Assembly: GCA_046290465.1 (NCBI GenBank)
Contig: JBKAGP010000001.1
Span: forward strand, 2,112,001 to 2,176,000
DNA: 64,000 bases
Source of the DNA: Planctomycetota bacterium
Lineage (GTDB): Bacteria > Planctomycetota > UBA1135 > UBA2386
Direction of reading: 5' to 3'
A program made the position numbers and the translations under genes. Position 1 is the stretch's first letter. Every line of letters starts with the position of its first letter. Below the pieces are notes generated by a model. It did no database searches. It was not told the origin of the DNA and saw nothing but the letters and a program-made list of their open reading frames with translations. Shown here one piece after another: positions 58,908 to 64,000 of the stretch.

Positions 58908-60504
58908 ACGACAGGCCGGCCGACGACGACCAGCCGATCGCCGACGGCGTGCACTGCGCCGGGCTCCAGCCCCAGATGGCCTGGGCGTGCAGTTGCATGC
59001 CCGCCAGCGCCGCGGTCGGCGGGATCGGCAGCGCGTAGCGACCGACGCCGCCGGCGCCCGATGCCATCGCCTCGATCACGAAGAAGCCGGCGAACGGATC
59101 CACGTGCACCAGCAGGCCGACGCCGAGCAGGTCGCTGCCGGCGACGTCGGCGCCGTTGGCGAAGGCCAGCAGACCGAGCGCCGACGGCGGCGCGTTGCTG
59201 CTGCGCAGGCCGAAGGCCAGATCGCCGACCACCGGCGTGCAGTCCGCGGCCAGCGCGTGCGGCCCGTTGCAGCCCGACGTGCCGACGCCGAACGGCGTGA
59301 CCCCGACCAGCGTCGGCGTCGCCGGCACGATCCGGAACACCTGCCCGCTCAGGTTGCAGATGTACAGCTCGCCGCGCCCGTCCTCGCCGAACCCGCACGG
59401 CGAGTCGAGCGACCACGGCTGCGGCGCGGTCAGTTCGGCGGTCCGGTCGAGCACCTGCGTGACCGTCTGGCCGTTGTGCTGCAGCGACCAGACGTTGCCG
59501 AACACGTAGTCCGCGAACAGGTAGCTGCCGCGCAGGTCCGGCACCGCGCAGCCGCGGTAGACGTAGCCGCCGATGATCGCGCGGCCGCCGGACGGCGGAA
59601 AGTACTCGTGCAGCGGTGCGGTCAGGTCGACGCCGTTGCACACGCAGTTGCCGTTGCCGTTGCAGAACGTGCCGGACATGCACGACCAGCCGTAGTTGCG
59701 GCCGCCGAGAGAGCCCGCGGGCTCGAAGTCCACCTCCTCCCGCCGGCCGCCGACGTCGGCGATCCAGTAGTCGCCGGTCAGGCGGTCGAACGTGCAGCGA
59801 TACGGGTTGCGCAGCCCGAAGTCCCAGATCTCGTCGTGCCAGTTGGCGACGCCGACGAACGGGTTGCCGGGCGGGATGCCGTAGGCGTTGCCGTTCTGCG
59901 GGTTGTCGACGTCGAGACGCAGGATCTTGCCGAGGAACGAGTCGCCGCGCTGCGCGTGGTTGAACGGGTCGGTCGGCCACAGCGGACCAGTGCTGCCGCC
60001 ATCCCCGATGGGCACGTAGAGGTAGCCGTCCGGGCCGAACGCGATGCCGCCGGCGTTGTGGTTGCCGAACACCATCGACGTCGTGAAGACCTCGACGCGC
60101 GACGCCGGGTCACAGACGTCAGGGTTGCCCGCGGACACCGTGTAGCGCTCGACCGCGACCTGGATCGACGGCTGCCGACAGCAGTAGACGAACAGCTGGC
60201 CGTTCTGGTCGAACTGTGGGTGGAACGCGAGGCCGAGCAGGCCGCACTCGCCGTTCTGCAAGAACCCGGGGCCCGGCGTCTGGGTCGCGTCGAGGAACGG
60301 CTGCGGCAGCAGCTGGCCGTCGCGCACGATCCGGATCTGGCCCGTCTGCTGCACGACGAACAGCCGGTCGAGGTCGCCGGGCGGTGCAGCGACCTGCACC
60401 GGTCGCGGCAGGCCGGTGACAACGACCTCGAGTGCGAGCGGCGTCTGGGCGGACGAGGTCGGCGCGAGGCCGGCAGCGGCGACGAGGAGGGCGAGCATGC
60501 GCAT
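58891..60504 (-). CDS. Secreted PQQ-dependent sugar dehydrogenase family protein with extra C-terminal domain
   Basis: GLLGLAFHP, NHNAG..FGPDGYLY..GDGG, GLRNP, NYGW. Confidence 0.88.
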   Translation of the reverse strand: MRMLALLVAAAGLAPTSSAQTPLALEVVVTGLPRPVQVAAPPGDLDRLFVVQQTGQIRIVRDGQLLPQPFLDATQTPGPGFLQNGECGLLGLAFHPQFDQNGQLFVYCCRQPSIQVAVERYTVSAGNPDVCDPASRVEVFTTSMVFGNHNAGGIAFGPDGYLYVPIGDGGSTGPLWPTDPFNHAQRGDSFLGKILRLDVDNPQNGNAYGIPPGNPFVGVANWHDEIWDFGLRNPYRCTFDRLTGDYWIADVGGRREEVDFEPAGSLGGRNYGWSCMSGTFCNGNGNCVCNGVDLTAPLHEYFPPSGGRAIIGGYVYRGCAVPDLRGSYLFADYVFGNVWSLQHNGQTVTQVLDRTAELTAPQPWSLDSPCGFGEDGRGELYICNLSGQVFRIVPATPTLVGVTPFGVGTSGCNGPHALAADCTPVVGDLAFGLRSSNAPPSALGLLAFANGADVAGSDLLGVGLLVHVDPFAGFFVIEAMASGAGGVGRYALPIPPTAALAGMQLHAQAIWGWSPAQCTPSAIGWSSSAGLSFTIQP

Positions 60505-60622
60505 GGGTGTGCATGGTAACGCGGCCACCGCCGGCTTGCCCGACGCCCGGTGCCGCGCTTACAACCGGCAGCGCCCCATCCACTTGCGCACGACTTGAGC
60601 GGCTACAACCAGCAAACACGAC

Positions 60623-61288
60623 GTGCTGTTCGTGCACGTTCCGAAGACCGCCGGCTCGAGCATCGAGCACGCGCCGTTCGTCAGCGGCATGGGTCACGAG
60701 CCGTACTGGGCGCTGCCGCAAGAGCATCGCGAACGCGCCGGGTTCTCGTTCGCGTTCGTGCGCAACCCCTACAGCCGCTTCGTGTCGATCGTGACCGAAG
60801 GCTTCTACACGGTGATGCGGCAGCAGGGCGACGAGCCGAAGACGCCCGCCGACGAGCGGCGGGTTTTCGAGCGCGCGCAGCAGCTGGTGCTCTACGCCGC
60901 GTCGCAGGCCCCCGCAGAAGGGCCGCTCGAGCTCGGCACGACCGAGCGCTGGCACATCCTCGGCAAGCAGGACGACCCGCTGCCGCACCTCGAGGGCTTT
61001 GCGTGGCCGATCCACTACGTGCCGCAGCACTACTTCGTGTCGGAGCCGGGCATGACCGGGATCGGGGTCGCGTTCGTCGGCCGCTTCGAGCGACTGCAGC
61101 AGGACTGGCAGCAGGTCTGCGACCGGGTCGGGGTGCCGTTCGCGCTGCCGCACGAGCGCAACGCGCAGAAGCACCGGCGGCGCCACTACTCGGAGTTCTA
61201 CACGCCCGAGATCCAGGACGTGGTCCGGCGCTGCTACCGGCGCGACTTCGAGGTGTTCGGCTACGATCCGGACGATCTGGGGGCCTGA
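60623..61288 (+). CDS. Sulfotransferase family 2 protein
   Basis: [37 protein letters not shown]. Confidence 0.88.
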   Translation: MLFVHVPKTAGSSIEHAPFVSGMGHEPYWALPQEHRERAGFSFAFVRNPYSRFVSIVTEGFYTVMRQQGDEPKTPADERRVFERAQQLVLYAASQAPAEGPLELGTTERWHILGKQDDPLPHLEGFAWPIHYVPQHYFVSEPGMTGIGVAFVGRFERLQQDWQQVCDRVGVPFALPHERNAQKHRRRHYSEFYTPEIQDVVRRCYRRDFEVFGYDPDDLGA

Positions 61289-61349
61289 GCCGGCCCGGAG
61301 CCGGCCGAAGGTGGAACGCCGGCGGCGGACGGGTACACCAGTTCGCCCA

Positions 61350-63347
61350 ATGACGCGCCAGATCCTGGTCACCAGCGCCCTCCCCTACGCCAACGGGCAC
61401 ATCCACCTCGGCCACCTGGTCGAGTACATCCAGACGGACATCTTCGTCCGGTTCCAGCGCCTGCGCGGTCACCGGGTCGCCTACATGTGCGCCGACGACA
61501 CCCACGGCACGGCGATCATGATCCGGGCCGAGAAGGAAGGTCGCACGCCGGAGCAGCTGATCGCCGAGATGTCGGAGGCGCACCAGCGCGACTTCGCCGC
61601 GTTCGGGATCTCGTTCGACCACTACGGCTCGACCAACAGCGAGGCGAACCGGCAGGTGGCGAACGGCATCTGGGCGGAACTGCGGAAGCAGAACCTGGTC
61701 GTCGAGCGGTCGGTTCCGCGGCTGTTCGACGAGCAGAAGCAGATGTTCCTCGCCGACCGCTTCGTCAAGGGCACCTGCCCGAAGTGCAAGACGCCCGACC
61801 AGTATGGCGACGCCTGCGAGTCGTGCGGCAGCACCTATGCAGCGACCGAACTGATCGAGCCGAAGTCGGCGTTCACCGGCTCGACGCCGGTGCTCAAGGA
61901 CTCGCAGCAGTCGTTCGTCACGCTCGAGCCGCTGCAGGACACGCTGACCGAGTGGACGCAGAACAGCGGCGCGCTCCAGGAAGAGGTCGCCAACTACCTG
62001 CAGGGACACTTCCTCAACAAGCCGCTGCAGGACTGGGACGTCTCGCGCCCGGCGCCGTACTTCGGCTTCGAGATCCCCGGCCAGCCCGGCAACTACTGGT
62101 ACGTCTGGTTCGACGCGCCGATCGGCTACATCGCCAGCACCGTCGAGTGGTGCAACCAGAACGGCGGCAACGCCGACGACTGGTGGCGCAACGACGACGC
62201 CGAGATCGTGCACTTCCTCGGCAAGGACATCACCTACTTCCACACGCTGTTCTGGCCGGCGATGCTGCACTCGGCCGGCTACAACCTGCCGAAGCGCGTG
62301 CACATCCACGGCTTCCTGAAGGTCAACGGCGAGAAGATGTCGAAGTCGCGCGGCACGTTCGTGAACGCGTCGCGATACCTCGAGTTCTTGGAGCCGGGCT
62401 GGCTGCGCTACTACTACGCGTCGAAGCTCGGCCCGAAGATCGACGACCTCGACTTCCAGTCCGACGAGTTCGTCGGCAAGGTCAACAGCGACCTGGTCGG
62501 CCGCGTCGTCAACCTCGCGAGCCGCTCGGCGAAGTTCGTGCAGGACGTCGGCCTGTCGGCGGAGTACCCGGACGACGGCGGCCTGTTCACGAAGGCCGCG
62601 GCGATGTCCGACGAGATCGCCGCCGCCTACGAGGCCTGTGACTACCGTGAAGCGACGCGGTTGATCATGACCCTGGCGGACGCGGCCAACGAGTTCGTCG
62701 AACAGGCGGCGCCCTGGAAGCTCAGGAAGGATCCGGACAAGGCGCAGGAGCTGCAGGACTGCTGCACCGTCGTGCTCAACCTGTTCCACCAGATCATGGT
62801 CTACCTGACGCCGGTGCTGCCCGAGCTGAGCGCGAAGGCCGGCGCGCTGCTCGGCAGCGCGATGGACCAGTGGTCGCTCGCGCAGACGCCGCTGGTCGGT
62901 CGCGGCATCGAGACGTTCACGCACATGATGGCGCGCGTCGAAGCGGCCAAGGTCGAAGAGATGTTCACGCCCGAACAGCCCGAACCGCAGAGCCCCACCC
63001 TCGACAAGGAACCGCTCGCCGACGAGATCACGATCGACGACTTCCTGAAGGTCGACCTGCGGGTCGCCGAAGTGCTCGCAGCCAACCACGTCGAGGGCGC
63101 GCAGAAGCTGCTGCAGCTGACGCTCGGCCTCGGCGGCGACGTGCGGCGCAACGTGTTCGCTGGCATCAAGAGCAAGTACGAGCCGGACCAACTGGTCGGC
63201 CGCCTCGTGCTCTACGTCGCCAACCTCAAGCCCCGCAAGATGAAGTTCGGCGTCAGCGAGGGCATGGTCGCCGCCGCCGGCACCGACGGCGAGATCTACC
63301 TGATGTCGCCCGACAGCGGCGCCCAGGCCGGCCAACGCCTGCACTGA
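61350..63347 (+). CDS. metG: Methionine--tRNA ligase
   Basis: [19 protein letters not shown]-terminal tRNA-binding domain. Confidence 0.97.
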   Translation: MTRQILVTSALPYANGHIHLGHLVEYIQTDIFVRFQRLRGHRVAYMCADDTHGTAIMIRAEKEGRTPEQLIAEMSEAHQRDFAAFGISFDHYGSTNSEANRQVANGIWAELRKQNLVVERSVPRLFDEQKQMFLADRFVKGTCPKCKTPDQYGDACESCGSTYAATELIEPKSAFTGSTPVLKDSQQSFVTLEPLQDTLTEWTQNSGALQEEVANYLQGHFLNKPLQDWDVSRPAPYFGFEIPGQPGNYWYVWFDAPIGYIASTVEWCNQNGGNADDWWRNDDAEIVHFLGKDITYFHTLFWPAMLHSAGYNLPKRVHIHGFLKVNGEKMSKSRGTFVNASRYLEFLEPGWLRYYYASKLGPKIDDLDFQSDEFVGKVNSDLVGRVVNLASRSAKFVQDVGLSAEYPDDGGLFTKAAAMSDEIAAAYEACDYREATRLIMTLADAANEFVEQAAPWKLRKDPDKAQELQDCCTVVLNLFHQIMVYLTPVLPELSAKAGALLGSAMDQWSLAQTPLVGRGIETFTHMMARVEAAKVEEMFTPEQPEPQSPTLDKEPLADEITIDDFLKVDLRVAEVLAANHVEGAQKLLQLTLGLGGDVRRNVFAGIKSKYEPDQLVGRLVLYVANLKPRKMKFGVSEGMVAAAGTDGEIYLMSPDSGAQAGQRLH

Positions 63348-63472
63348 TCGCCCGGTCTCAGAGGTCGGTTCGGTCGGAGAGGTTGGTTCCGGGAGCAGAA
63401 CCTGCGGACCCGTTGGACGTGGGCGCTCGGGCAGGCTGCGCACGGCCGAACCGGTCGACCGTACATGAAACA

Positions 63473-63494
63473 GGGTCCGACGATCGTCGGACCC
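63473..63494 (-). terminator. Probable intrinsic terminator of the H1-like gene
   Basis: GGGTCCGACG-at-CGTCGGACCC followed by TGTTTCAT on the minus strand. Confidence 0.6.
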
Positions 63495-63549
63495 CGCTTC
63501 CTGCTAGCGGAGCGTTGCTACCAGGCAGTAGCGACGCCCCTCAAGAAGA

Positions 63550-63702
63550 TCACTTCTTGGCGGCCTTCTTGGCCGGCGCCTTCTTGGCCTTCTTCTTGGT
63601 GGCCTTCTTCTTCGTGGCCTTCTTCTTGGTGGCCTTCTTCTTCGCGGTCTTCTTGGCGGTCTTCTTGACCGTCTTCTTCTTAGCCTTCTTCTTGGCAGCC
63701 AT
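63550..63702 (-). CDS. Histone H1-like Lys/Ala-rich protein (50 aa, 28 Lys)
   Basis: MAAKKKAKKKTVKKTAKK...; AAGGA RBS upstream. Confidence 0.8.
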   Translation of the reverse strand: MAAKKKAKKKTVKKTAKKTAKKKATKKKATKKKATKKKAKKAPAKKAAKK

Positions 63703-64000
63703 TGCTTGGTCCTTGTTAGGGTTTTGTGGGGGAGACCGGCACGAGGCCCGCGGTTGCGAACCCACCAAACTCCGGCCGGAGGTAGTGATCGGCAAACGGC
63801 GAATCGGAATTCACCGGAACTCCCCATGCCACCAAGAGATAGTGACAAAACGGCGCGGCGAATCCATTTGCGAAGAAGTAGGAATCGCCACAAAAGTGGC
63901 CGCGCGTCGCAGCTTTAACCTGCTTGGAGGCATTCTTGCCGGGCCGCGTTTTTTTCTGATTTTGGTTGCGCGCCGGGCCCCCCGAACAGCGGCAAGACCC

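Noticed and set aside
63703..64000. ncRNA or riboswitch upstream of the H1-like gene
   Set aside because: No recognisable conserved motif; more likely a promoter region, and truncated by the window edge

Overview
High-GC bacterial chromosomal segment. The gene repertoire (PEP-CTERM protein, FG-GAP proteins, AsmA-like protein, co-oriented integron) suggests Planctomycetota, but this is inference only. From left to right: (1) 1-21.7 kb, a type VI secretion locus (tssA partial, tssB, tssC, hcp, tssE, tssF, tssG, clpV) followed by a spike module: DUF3540, vgrG with an atypical C-terminus, DUF2169-pentapeptide, pentapeptide protein, a PAAR-like DUF4150 domain fused to an S41-type protease domain, an apparently dead trypsin-like protein, and a second DUF3540. 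(2) 21.8-27.8 kb, accessory genes (GH20, zincin, two VOC proteins, Imm35-like). (3) 27.8-31.6 kb, a complete integron with intI co-oriented with its array, attI, five 63-64 bp attC sites and an exactly duplicated cassette. (4) An fdsGB-A-D formate dehydrogenase operon split by an FG-GAP gene. (5) A histone-fold gene with a Lys-rich N-tail, then an AsmA-like gene, manC, ruvX, rnpB, gdh, arfB, LPS-type enzymes, acyl-CoA dehydrogenase, metG and an H1-like protein. All family calls are motif recognition by eye; no searches were run.
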